DNA of 63,117 nucleotides, the filler included, from Octopus bimaculoides (lineage: Eukaryota): assembly GCF_001194135.2 (NCBI RefSeq). It is 3 parts of 3 records of this genome, joined end to end, with 100 filler letters (N's around TTAATTAATTAA, not from the genome) between each part and the next. Parts side by side here need not be neighbours in the genome. Positions count along the whole stretch, not along the records: positions 29,629 to 61,042 come from NC_068986.1; positions 61,143 to 63,117 come from NW_026308969.1; 1 more part is not named here. One strand, written 5' to 3'. The translations under genes and the position numbers were made by a program. Positions 50,326-62,050 of the stretch are shown piece by piece; position 1 is the first letter of the stretch, and every line of letters begins with the position of its first letter. A model generated the notes under the pieces. It was not told the DNA's origin, ran no database searches, and worked only from the letters and a program-made list of their open reading frames with translations.

Positions 50326-51758
50326 GTGCCGGTGGCACGTAAAAGGCATGATTCAAATGTAGTCTTTGAGAGTGCCGCCTGACTGGCCCTCATGCTGGTG
50401 ACACATAAAAACTCATGTCAGCATGGAAAGCGGACATTAAACGACAATGGTGATGATGATGATGATGACGATGACAGTGACTTCAGAGTTTTGGCGAGTG
50501 AAGCAATCACCAGATAGTCCTATGATGGCTTAGCTAGCCGAAACTTTGAAGTCTCTCAATAGTATTGTTGTTAAAGAATAATAAATTTGTAATCTAGTAT
50601 GGATTAACCCTTCCGATGAATGCAAAATTGTTTTAATTATGACTAAGCATAAAAACAAACATTAATATATATACACATACATGTATGTATGTACGTACAC
50701 ACACACACATTTGTATGCCTGCTTCATGCTGGCATTGATGAGACAAGTTGAAGTACCATGTGTTACTCATTACATTTTATGCTAATATGATTTCTTTGAC
50801 AGGATACAGTTTCCTGTAGCACCAACACTCAAAAGGTTATCATGTCCTCAACGGCATAGATCTAAAGACTTCTCTCAACCTTATGTTGTCTGTTCATTTG
50901 CCAATTACTTTACAGAGTGTAGTGGGTAGTAGAGGGAGGGGGATTGAATATGGACAGATCTAACATTTTTGTCCTATTTTATCAGTGGTAGAGTATATTA
51001 TCATCATCATCATTTAAGGTCTGTTTTCCATGCTGGCAAGAGTTGGATGGTTCAACTGGGGTCTGGGAAGCCAGGAGGCTACACCAGGCTCCAATCTGAT
51101 CTGGCAGAGTTTCTACAGCTGGATGCCCTTCCTAACGCCAACCACTCCAAGTGTGCAGTGGGTGCTTTTTACGTGCCACCGGCACGGGAGCCAGTCAAGC
51201 AGCACTGGTATCAGCCACGTTTGGATGGTAGTGAATGGAAAAGGTGACCAAGAGATGACTGGGTATTGTGGGTAAGAGAGTCAGTATTTGGCAATACAAC
51301 AGAGAGAAATGAGCAAAGATCCACTGTGATCCTTCAAAAACACTGGTGGAATATCCTTCAAGTGAGCTGCTATCAAAACTGTATAAATTATTCAGTCATT
51401 CACAAACTACTTAATCTGTTTGAAACTACAAAAAAAAATGAGGCAGACAGAATAACATGTAACAGCATGGATGGGTTCCAGTTTATTAGGGTTTAACATT
51501 ATTTACATGCATGGATATTTGTCCTCATCTTGTTTGTTGTTAACACAACATTTCGGCTGATATACCCTCCAGCCTTCTTCAGGGGTCTTGGGGAAATCTA
51601 CTCACAAGGCTTTGGTTGGCCAAAGGCTAAAGTAGAAGACACTTGCTCAAGGTGCTACGCAGTGGGACTGAACCCGGAACCATATGGTTGGGAAGCAAGC
51701 TTCTTACCACATAAAATATTTTAATAAAAGTTTCTGGCATGAAGTTAAAACTGGCAAA

Positions 51759-51984
51759 CCCTTTTGTTACTGTACTTATTTTGAGATGCTCTGTGTTTCT
51801 TTCAATTAATTTTAAATATAACAAAGAATTTAGTAAAATAACTTAGTTATCATTAAGCTAGTGTTAGGAACATAAATTGTGACTAAGGTTTGGTGGAAGA
51901 TTTTAATTCAAAACTTTTGGAAGCAAGACATTTGTACTACAGAACCAGAAGAGGTTTCAGCTGGGTTGGTAATGAAAGGGTTAA
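51759..51984. mobile_element. piggyBac-like MITE
   Basis: Ends CCCTTTTGTTAC ... GTAATGAAAGGG-TTAA; the left TSD is degenerate. A related, decayed opposite-orientation copy lies at about 46720-46908. Confidence 0.5.
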
Positions 51985-52197
51985 ATATTATAAAGAGCTT
52001 TGTATAACAGAGCCAAGGGTCCTCTTATGTCTGAAAAAATTCAGTAAAATAATATAATTGGAAAGATTTAATGCATTTAAAAAAACTTTTATATAATCTT
52101 CAGTTGAGAAAGGAATCTCGCAGGAAACAGTCCAGACCCTCGGAAACATAATGGGAAGGTTAAACGCCATCAATCATAAGATAAGATAAACAATATA

Positions 52198-52588
52198 GGC
52201 ACAGGAGCGGCTGTGTGGAAAGTAGCTTGCTTACCAACCAAATGGTCCTGGGTTCAGTCTCACTGCATGGCACCTTGGGCAAGTGTGTTCTATTATAGTC
52301 TCGGGCTGACCAAAGCCTTCTGAGTGGATTTGGTAGACGGAAACTGGAAGAAGCCTGTCGTATATGTATATATATGTATGTATGTGTGTGTCTGTTTGTC
52401 CCCCCAGCATTGCTCGGCAACCGATGCTGGTGTGTTTGCGTCCCCGTAACTTAGCGATAGAATAAGTACTAGGCTTACAAAGAATAAGTCCTGGGGTTGA
52501 TTTGCTCGACTATAAAAGGCGGTACTCCAGCATGGCCACAGTCAAATGACTGAAACAAAGTAAAAGAGTGGAAGAGAGAGTAAAGAGT
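52198..52588 (+). mobile_element. SINE family A, full length
   Basis: Same family. Further, more diverged or partial copies lie at about 5795-6000 (-), 16258-16545 (-), 17365-17725 (-), 21320-21545 (-), 21590-21990 (-), 38085-38520 (-, with a nested family-C fragment), 47735-48095 (+) and 56625-56965 (-). Confidence 0.8.
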
Positions 52589-55500
52589 AATGTGAATAAA
52601 ACAGCTCCTACTTCTTTTTACACCGCCACTACTACTACTAATAATAATAATCCTTTCTACAATAGGCACAAGGCCTGAAAATAAGGGGGTGGGAACTGGT
52701 CTGGTACTTAGTTTATCAACCCCGAAAGGATGAAAAGCAAAGTCAATCTCGGCAGAATCTGAATTCAGAACGTCTTAAAGAAATATCGCTAAATATTTTG
52801 CCTGGCAGTATCATTAGGATACCAAAGAAAATTTCTTCTGCCTTTATGTTCTGAGCAAACGACTACCCCCTCCCCCTCCAATTTCAGGCCTTGTGTCTAT
52901 AATAGAAAGTGTAATTTTGATGGATAAGAATTATATTGTTGCTCAACCCCACCCCTTTTATGTACTGGCCACCTCCACCTCTCTTGGACTTTACTTTTTT
53001 TCTCCCTCAAATCGAGACTCATCCTTGGCCATCTGCCATCCATGTCCCAATTTCACTGCTTTCACCTCCATCTCTATCTCTAACCACCACTCACACTCCT
53101 TTCATCCTCTTGTGAACCTACCCACCCAGCCATCCTTGATTCTTTGTCCCAATACTCTTTTTATCACCCTTCTACCTTGACCATAGGCTCTGACACATCA
53201 TTTCCACCATCATTTGTTGATCCCATGCTGGGGTAGCCACACATCTCTTCTACAGCAAGACACCTGTTCCTGTCCCTTTATCATACTTTAACCTCTCCAC
53301 ATTTGGCTTTATGCCAGGTGTTGAAAGGCTAAAGGTGTTGCAAGTTACTTGGTGACCTCACTAGTGCTGGTGCTATGAAAAATGCACCCAGTACACATGG
53401 TAAAGCAGTTCGCATTAGAAAGAACAAACAGTTGCAGAAACCATGTTAAAGCAGACATTGGAGTTTGATGCTGTTCTCTCTAGCTTAATGAATTCTGACA
53501 AACTGTCCAACTCTTGTAGCATGGATGACAGAAATTAAATGATGATGATGATGATGATGATGTAGATATAGTCAAAAGTCAGTGAAATGCTTCCAATGAA
53601 TTAACAAATTCTAACTCTAACCTTACATATTTCTGACCAATTTACTCCAGTGATATATTTTTTTCATAACCAATTGCTAAAAAGACCCACCATGGAACAC
53701 AATTCCCAGATATGAGGTTGCACTATAGCACAAAACCATAAACCACATCCAAAAGAAAGGCATCTTGGTAATTGGCAAGGACTTTTTCACCAACTCCCTC
53801 TTGAACAGACATGCAACTTCCTCATTCTACCTCTGCTATCTTGTACAAAAAAAAAAAACAGCTTTGTCAGTTGCTTATTACCAAGATTACTCAACACTCG
53901 TCTTTCCTCTTATTTATTGTGTCTTCTTTCTCAGATCTCTGCATCAACTGCAGAAAATGTATCTCTACTGGATATCCCATCCGTATTTCACCTACTTCAA
54001 TTTTAAGCTGGCCATCAACCACACCAATCTTACCAGTCTCACAGGGTCTGCATATGTCATGGTGCACAATCCTGCTTCAAATAGAAAAAAAAAAAAGGGT
54101 GGCCTTCATTCAGTACTGCAAAGCTTAACTTTATTCTCCTCCCAGACAATCTAACCGAGTGATTAACAAAACATTCATTATACTGGTGCCCCAGCATAGC
54201 TACAGCCTCAGGCTGAAATTAGAATAATGGAATAATAGAATAATATATTGAAAAGACAACTGACTTGGTTTATGATAGAGGAAGTTATACAAATACTATA
54301 GTTCAAGAGAAGAATGTTATGTACCAACAGAATAAAGAAACTTTTAAAATACACCTCAAATGTAGCACCGCCCCCACCCCCCACCGCCGCCACCACTCCA
54401 GAGTATATTTCTTGTTCTTTTAACACAAATTCTACCAGGAATTTCAAACAGATTATTAGTTCTATAGATTTCAGTTTCAACTTTATGTTGTATCATCTTT
54501 ATTTATTCCATAAGCTAGGAATTGCAGATGGTAAAAAGCTAAAATTACTTACGTGTAATACAAGAACATTGCTTTGTAAATGTTGTGATACCAAACAGTA
54601 GAACATACACACAAAAATGTGAGATAAATACACATGTATGTGCATGTATATATATATATTTGTGTGTGTGTGTGTACATTACACACGCATTTTTATACCT
54701 TGAAAGTGTGCTCCAGCAACTTCATCATCACCATCTTTATTTTCTTTTCAGTTACTACCACCCACCCTTATATAATACTGGGTAGCTATTTGTTCTTGTC
54801 CCTCACTCCTATCATATTTTAGCCCTTCAACACCCGGCATAAAGTCACTTCTTTTCTCTCTCAAATACACTCCCAATCAGGCAAAGGGCCTTTTCTGGTC
54901 TTGCAAGTTACTGGGTGACCTCACTTGAGCTGGTGTCATGTAAAAAGCACCCAATACATTCTGTAAAGTGGTTGGCTTTAGGAAGGGCATCCAGTCATAG
55001 AAACTGTGTCAAAGAAAAACATTGCAGCTTGATGCAGTCCTATGGCTTGTTGGACCCTATCAAACTGCCCAACCCAAACCACCAAAGAATACCTTAGAAA
55101 TGAGAACCCAGGTTCGAAATTTCTCCAACACACCTGATGAAGGCTGGAGGGCATATCAGCCAAAACATTGTGTTAACAACAAGCAAGATGAGGACAAATA
55201 TCTGTCAAATGTAAATAATGCATCATAAAGAGATGTTAGTCATAAGTCAGTAAAGATGACAAAGGTTTTTGTCATAACAGTTTTTCTCTTTAATTGCATT
55301 CACTGTCATGATTGCTTCTTCTGTATTCAAAGCATCTTATTCTCATCCTCCACTAAATAGACTGATTGATTCTATCAACACAAGATGAAGATTTTTTTTT
55401 TCACTCTATGCAACATGTTTTTCTATTTTTCATTAGCTTCAGTTAATCACAGAATCTCAATAGTTTCTCCTTCTGTTTGTTAAGACTGCACAAGTGAGTG

Positions 55501-55669
55501 GGCCAATGCCTAATTCTTCAGTCAAACACTTCACATTTATGTTGCTGTTGAGGTTTTCCAACAAACTTCACTTCCTGTGTTTTCTCATTTCTTTATTACC
55601 TGCAGGGATGGCAGCTGGCGTTTTGACATTCTCAACAGAGATTACAGCACAAAACATGGAATAATTAAA

Positions 55670-56377
55670 GCAAACGCAAAGGGTTACTACGACAGCTGCT
55701 GACAAAATTCCAGCTTAATAATTCCAACCCAAAGTGGCTATGGTCGTTTCTAACTCCTGATTCCCCACACATGGTCAACGACAGCTGCACATCATTCAGG
55801 GTCTTTCTGAATGGAAGAGGTGGATGGGATTGTGTATGGATGCAGTACCAGGCCGTGGCTCTTTTGGCTTCTGACCATAACTGATTGGAAGTTTTATCAT
55901 GTACATTGTTTTGTCTTGGTATAAAAAGATGGGTTGCAGCAAATATTCTGCTCAATACCACAGATTTGCTTGACCATAACCAGTTGAGTATGTCCCTTGG
56001 AGGCTGACAATATGTGCATCTATGGTCACAAGCAGAAGTAGTGGGGGAGCATCATAGCCATGTTTTGAAAGGAATTCTTTGGGGTTGGGATAATTCACCT
56101 CTGGAAACATGGGTGTTTTGTTCAACATCCATAACAAACTTTATTCAGAGACCTTTTGAGATGGGATGGGCTACTCAACCCGAAGAAAATTCTAACAGGG
56201 CCTCACCTGTGAGGTCATGCGCTGTTTATCTTGATATGGGATCACCATGTTGCGCATATATGGTTGTGATACATGTGTCCGGTGTACCCTTATCAGACTG
56301 GTAGTCCTGATGGGTATAATGGGCTCCATATATTTTACCCCAATGTCACTTTGATGGCATGCACTGCTCTCTCACTC

Positions 56378-56415
<38 letters not shown>
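55670..56415 (+). mobile_element. Probable retroelement 3' fragment with (AAT)n tail
   Basis: GC-richer non-coding block ending abruptly in CTCTCTCACTC-(AAT)n. No open RT frame recognised. Confidence 0.35.
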
Positions 56416-56416
<1 letters not shown>

Positions 56417-57359
56417 TCTTTCAGTTAAAGGCACAAGGCCTGAAATTCAAAGGGAATGTGAGCTAGTTGATTAAATTAACCCCAGTGTTCACCTGGTACA
56501 GATTTTATTATATCCAGAAAGGAAGAACGATAAAGTCAGTCTTGGTGGTATTTGCAGAATATGAATCTAGAAGAAGTGCTCCAAAATGTTTTGTCTGGCA
56601 ATGCTAACAATCTTTTTTTTTGTTTCAGCCATCTGACCATGGCCATGCTGGAGCACTACCTTTAGTCGAACTAATCGACTCCAGGACTTATTCTTTTTAA
56701 GCCTGGTACTTATTCTATTGGTCCTTTTTACCGAACTGCTAGCTTATGAGGACGTAAACACACCAACATTAATTGTCAAGCGATGGTGAGGGGACAAACA
56801 CACACACATATATATACAACGAGCTTCTTTCAGTTTCCATCTACCAAATCCACTCACAAGGCTTTTGGTTGGCCCGAGGCTATAGCAGAAGACACCTGCC
56901 CAAGATGCCATGCAGTGGGACTGAACTTGGAATAATGTGGTTGGTAAGCAAGCTTCTTACCACACAGATACGGTTAACAATAAAGGAATAAAAAATTAAA
57001 AAAGATGATAGTGGTGATAGATGCAATAGTGAGATAAAAATGTAGATAGAGATAAGGTGAAGGTAGTAGTTGTGAGTAAAGATCCTATGGTAAGGACGAT
57101 GTATGAAAAAGTCGTTGAAAATATATCAGAGAGCGAAAAACAAAAGATAAAAATGACTGACTGAAGTTGAAAGTAAATAGAGAGGGAGAGGTGATTGGCT
57201 GGGGTGGAAGGGAATGACTGAAAGCCAAAAAGTGGAAAGAGACAATGGATTAAGTAAGATTGTGGGTTGAGTAGACAAATTGGGACATGTTTTAATGGAG
57301 GAAGGACATGGATTAATGTGACAGTGATGCTTGTTAGCAACTATCACATGTAGTGAAGA

Positions 57360-57396
<37 letters not shown>

Positions 57397-57540
57397 ATGT
57401 GCTTGAGGAGACCTATTGAGTCAAGTAAATCAACATCAGCAATATCAAAATCAAATCAAATGGAAATTGTAGTTGTGAGCCCCGTGCCGGTAGCATGTAA
57501 AAAGCACCATCCAAACGTGGTCGATGCCAGCTCCTCAGGC

Positions 57541-57579
<39 letters not shown>

Positions 57580-59669
57580 AGTGAGTAGACAAATGAAAAA
57601 AGGGCATTCAGCACACGGTTGAAGACAGGCCACACACTTGGACCACTTGAAAAAAAAAACAAAAAAACTACTTAGCTTCTATTTAAATACAAGTTTCACT
57701 GATCTCAGGTCTGGAAATATACAAGCAAACATATTTGTAAAATCTACAATAATTTTCAATTGAATACGTAAATCTGTAATTTTTAAAATGTTTAGTTGTT
57801 CCATCTTGTGAATACCAATAGGTATCTATAGCATCACTCCTCCCCTCCAGTTTATATGTTAGCTTTTCATGTCGTCATGAGTTGGATGGGACTTTCTGAA
57901 GAAGTGTTTTATGGCCCTTCTAGCCTACTCAGTAAACTTGCCTAGTCATCTACTTAGCCAACCTAGCTAGCTAGCTGTGTAGTTAACCAACCTAGCTATA
58001 CTGCTATGTGAATTGATAGACAAGAGCAATGTCTGTTACGTTCACCAGCCATAGGTCCATCACAAACACTGCTCTGCAATGAAAATGAAACGAAATTACT
58101 ACAACGAAAGGTTCTCTCAATGGTCGATCGACTTGCAAGAAATGACAACAAAGTTTTTTTTTTTCCATATTACACTCTACTGCTTTAAGAAGACAAGAAC
58201 ACACACAATGAGTCATGTAATCCATTGCCTAAAAAAAATAAATAAAAAGACAGGATGCTCATGGATGGAATGCTTTTGATCAAAGGTCTACTCGATCGGG
58301 ATCGATTTGGAACTAGACAACAACAAACAAAATTAACCAGCATCGCTTCCAATGGTACACTAGCGACATGGTCATACCCGAGAATTGAAACCGGACAGCT
58401 AGCTTGACTCACGAGAAATTATTTACCATTTTCTATTTACTCTATTCCATACATCTTGAAATTCTGTGATGTGTGTGAGAGGGAGAAAGAGAGAGAGAGA
58501 GAGAGAGGGGGGGTATGTATATACATTGGAGTAAGCTGTACCAAAGGGAAGCTGCAGACAAGCAGCTATTCTAGTAACTGCCAGTTCTATTTTACTTACA
58601 AGACTGTTTCTGCTGCTAAATGGGTCTTGTAATTAGATTTAAAGTCAGCAGAAGAAAATTGCCACGCAGGCGGCATGTCAGACTGCTCAAGGTGCAAAGA
58701 CAACCATCTTTTTCAACCAATCACTAGTAACCCCCCCCCCCTATTTATTTATTTATTTATCCATTTTTTTAAAAATCTGGTTGTTACTTTTTTTTTAAAA
58801 CGATTTATGAGATCGTCACAAATCTGAAAATAACTCGAGCCAATGTAGTCGCTCGACCTGCTAGAAATAGCAACCAGATACTCTACTCTAGTCCCAGACA
58901 CAGTATGTCTGACAAACAAAACAGGATGGTCATGTTTAGAACGCTTTCGATCAAAGATCATCAAGATTGACCTGGAACTAAACAACAAATAACTAAAGTA
59001 ACCAAAAACAAAAATTTAAATTTAAAAATTCTCAAATAAACACCAGTATCTTGTCTAAGAGGGTCCACTTGCTAGAGATAAGAGCCAAATCTTCCTCATA
59101 CACCTCCTACTGTCTTAAATAAATAAAAGCAGGGCACATGAGATAATGTAGTCCTAGAAACACTTATCGGGGCCGACAATGAAAACACAATGAGAGAGAT
59201 AGTATGATGAAATCAACACGGAATGTGACCAGCACGTTGATGCTCCCTCACGGAATACTCTAACATTAACTTAATGTCTGACTATTTCTAAGGGATTTCG
59301 ACAGTAGGGTAGGAGAGGGTGAAATGCTTTACGATGAGTCAGTCAGTCAGTTTTTCCAAGTAATTCCTGCAGAAAGTAGAAAGGGTTTGTTAGAACATGG
59401 TGACAAGACTGCGGTGACCTACTCAAATGTATTAAGCTGACATTTCAAATAAAATGAGAGCTTTCTTGCGTCACCTCAGATAACCTGACCATGGGTGGCA
59501 TTGAGAAATAAGAGACTGGTTTTTACAAACACGCATAAACGTTTTCTTTTCAAGCCACTCCTTGTATTTTTGTTACACAAAAACAAAAAACGAGTCTTAT
59601 AGAGCCATGCACAGTGTCGGAAAATAACAGCATGGTCATAGCTGAAACACAATAGATCTGGGTCTCGAT

Positions 59670-59920
59670 CAGGGCTGGCCAACCTGATGCCCGCGGGCCG
59701 CATGCAGCCTGCAGACGTTTATCTTGCAGTCCGCTTGATACTTTTTTTGAAGCATTGTGTTTAATTTCAGAATAAAATTGTTTGTGTAAAACATTTGTTT
59801 CAAAATAGATTAAAATTTTTAATTTGATTATTTGAATATTAGTGTATAAAGTACACAAGCGCCCCCCCCAACCTTCTGTTATTAAAGTGGCCTGGTCTGG
59901 TCTAAACAAATAGAAAAACA
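59670..59920 (+). mobile_element. hAT/Charlie-like non-autonomous element remnant
   Basis: The 5' end CAGGGCTGGCCAACCTGATGCCCGCGGGCCGCATGCAGCC is typical of hAT MITE termini; the 3' end is decayed. Similar end fragments occur at about 18789-18855 and 23400-23470. Confidence 0.45.
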
Positions 59921-59991
59921 TGCCATAACCATCAATTCTAATACACGTTCATAATTACTTATACATTTGTAATTTGTATAAACATTTTACA

Positions 59992-60236
59992 GGTACTACT
60001 AAAGCAGCACGGTCCCGAGCGCGCGTCCGCGCTAGCTAGTCGTGAGTGGTCGATCCTAGCCCTGACCCTGTCACTAACTCTAACCCTAACCCTGTCCTTA
60101 AAACTTTCCCTAAACCGCGCGTGCAAATGAATACGTGTTTAGGGTTAGGGTTGCGGATAGGGTTGGGGTTAGGATCGACCACTCAAGACTAGCTGGCGCG
60201 GACGCGCGTTCGGGACCGTGCTGCTTTAGTAGTACC
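59992..60236. mobile_element. Young MITE with 67-bp TIRs and 9-bp TSD (Mutator/MULE-like), containing telomere-like repeats
   Basis: TIR GGTACTACTAAAGCAGCACGGTCCCG... has 3 mismatches in 67 bp between the ends. An exact CATTTTACA duplication flanks both sides (59983-59991 and 60237-60245). Internal TAACCC / GGGTTA repeats are in inverted arrangement. Confidence 0.9.
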
Positions 60237-60871
60237 CATTTTACATATGTCTATGTACATCTTTAATAAAACTAACACAATTCATCCATCTATACACACA
60301 CGTGTATGTATGTGTGTAAGACTTATAAATTCATTTTAAAAGCAGTATTAAGGGAGGTAGCAAAGTTTTGGCCTAACATTTTTATACCCTTTCGATTATT
60401 AGGTAGGTTAACATTTGTATGTCCCCTTCTATTATTATTACTCACACCCTGTACCTATCCCTCTCCTCCTCACACGGTAGTTGATGGAAAGGGAACAGTA
60501 TTAGCTCCCACGTGGTGGTAGCATGTATCAGTACAAACAAATTAGCAAGGTTATATATGTATGTCCTATTTACACAATCTTAAATGTTTAATGAACGATA
60601 TTCTCAATAGCTTAGAAGTTCTATAATATTTTTTTACCGAAAGCCTAAAAAATGTTTCCCAGAAATTTACTCGAATGACTTTGTACCACAAAAGCTTCTA
60701 CCTAAGCTTTTAAGGGCTGATGATATTTTAGGCTCCACAGTCTGCAGCTTGCACCAACAGCTCCTGACTGGATTATAAATACAATAATAACTTGAGGAAA
60801 ACAATAACAGTTAGTTCACTACAGATAAGGTGACACTAGAAATAAATATAGGTTTACTATCCATATATTTT

Positions 60872-60910
<39 letters not shown>

Positions 60911-61042
60911 ACGAACTGTGTTAAAAATAGCTTAGTAGACTTATTTAGTTAAAATAACTTGTTTTTGCAAATTGTGTGTGTATATACACACACTACTGAC
61001 AAAATAGTTAAAATAACATGCGTTTTGATAAATCGTGTATAT

Positions 61043-61142
61043 NNNNNNNNNNNNNNNNNNNNNNNNNNNNNNNNNNNNNNNNNNNNTTAATTAATTAANN
61101 NNNNNNNNNNNNNNNNNNNNNNNNNNNNNNNNNNNNNNNNNN
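61043..61142. other. Artificial scaffold join: 44 N + TTAATTAATTAA + 44 N
   Basis: Identical layout, with the linker at 61087-61098. Confidence 0.95.
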
Positions 61143-61422
61143 AGTGTAACACTAGTCCCTGAAGCTAACAAATCTTCTTGCAACTCCTTTCTTATGATCA
61201 CTTTACTTCATTTTTCTTAAAGATTTAGGGGAAATCTTGCGTGGTGCACCGGATTTTATTCTGTTTTCAACAGTTCCCGTTTTAATATCTTTGAATAAAT
61301 GAAGATATGGTAGAATATGGAATACAAAGGGTCTCTGATATTTTTCTGTAACTTTTACCTGCTTTCCACTGTTCAATAATTAAGTTTTTCACTGAATTTG
61401 TGAGTTCTTTACTTTTCGCCAT
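61143..61422 (-). pseudogene. Tc1/mariner transposase N-terminal (paired-like HTH) remnant
   Basis: Translates as MAKSKELTNSVKNLIIEQWKAGKSYRKISETLCIPYSTISSFIQRY / KTGTVENRIKSGAPRKISPKSLRKMK / KELQEDLLASGTSVT across two frameshifts. This is the typical Tc1 GRPRK-type layout, truncated by the gap. A possible 5' TIR (GGGGTGAAAAAAGTATTCGTACAG, minus) lies near 61586-61610. Confidence 0.85.
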
Positions 61423-61955
61423 TATTACGACATTACTTTATGTTGTCTCAGTGCTAAATGAAGAAGCTAGCGTTTTGACACTTAAAAATGACCACTGATA
61501 AGATTATTGGAACAAACGAGAAACTTCTAGTAAAAAAAATATTATTTTAACAGCATTTTGTGGCATAGAAACTCATAAATTTATTCTGTACGAATACTTT
61601 TTTCACCCCTAAATATTAATAATTGTATATAAATTCATTAGTTACTATAATTTATTAGTTTCTTTTGCATATTCTTAGTTTATGCATGTGTATGCAAATA
61701 TAGTATTGGTATATCCCATTTATGTTTATTAGAAATTAAATAAAGAATTTTGACATGTACGAATATTTATTCCCCCCCCCCCCCCCNNNNNNNNNNNNNN
61801 NNNNNNNNNNNNNNNNNNNNNNNNNNNNNNNNNNNNNNNNNNNNNNNNNNNNNNNNNNNNNNNNNNNNNNNNNNNNNNNNNNNNNNNNNNNNNNNNNNNN
61901 NNNNNNNNNNNNNNNNNNNNNNNNNNNNNNNNNNNNNNNNNNNNNNCCCCACTGG

Positions 61956-61991
<36 letters not shown>

Positions 61992-62050
61992 TATATATAC
62001 ATATGTATACACATTATATATATACACATATGTATATATAAATATAGATA

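Noticed and set aside
660-50393. Long ORF-track entries containing X runs (e.g. 660-1892, 27839-29105, 32183-32771, 38967-39523, 49511-50393, 61750-62120)
   Set aside because: They are open only because N gaps and (TA)/(CA)/(TCTA) microsatellites contain no stops; the YIYI/THTH/LSIY products are artefacts.
48200-58700. Several candidate upstream kintoun exons (about 48230-48330, 54550-54600, 57990-58080, 58600-58700)
   Set aside because: Each lacks either a usable acceptor/donor pair, the right phase, or any PIH1/CS-like sequence.
60060-60175. TAACCC/GGGTTA repeats as a telomere or chromosome-fusion scar
   Set aside because: They are short, degenerate and enclosed by TIRs and a TSD, so they are part of a MITE.
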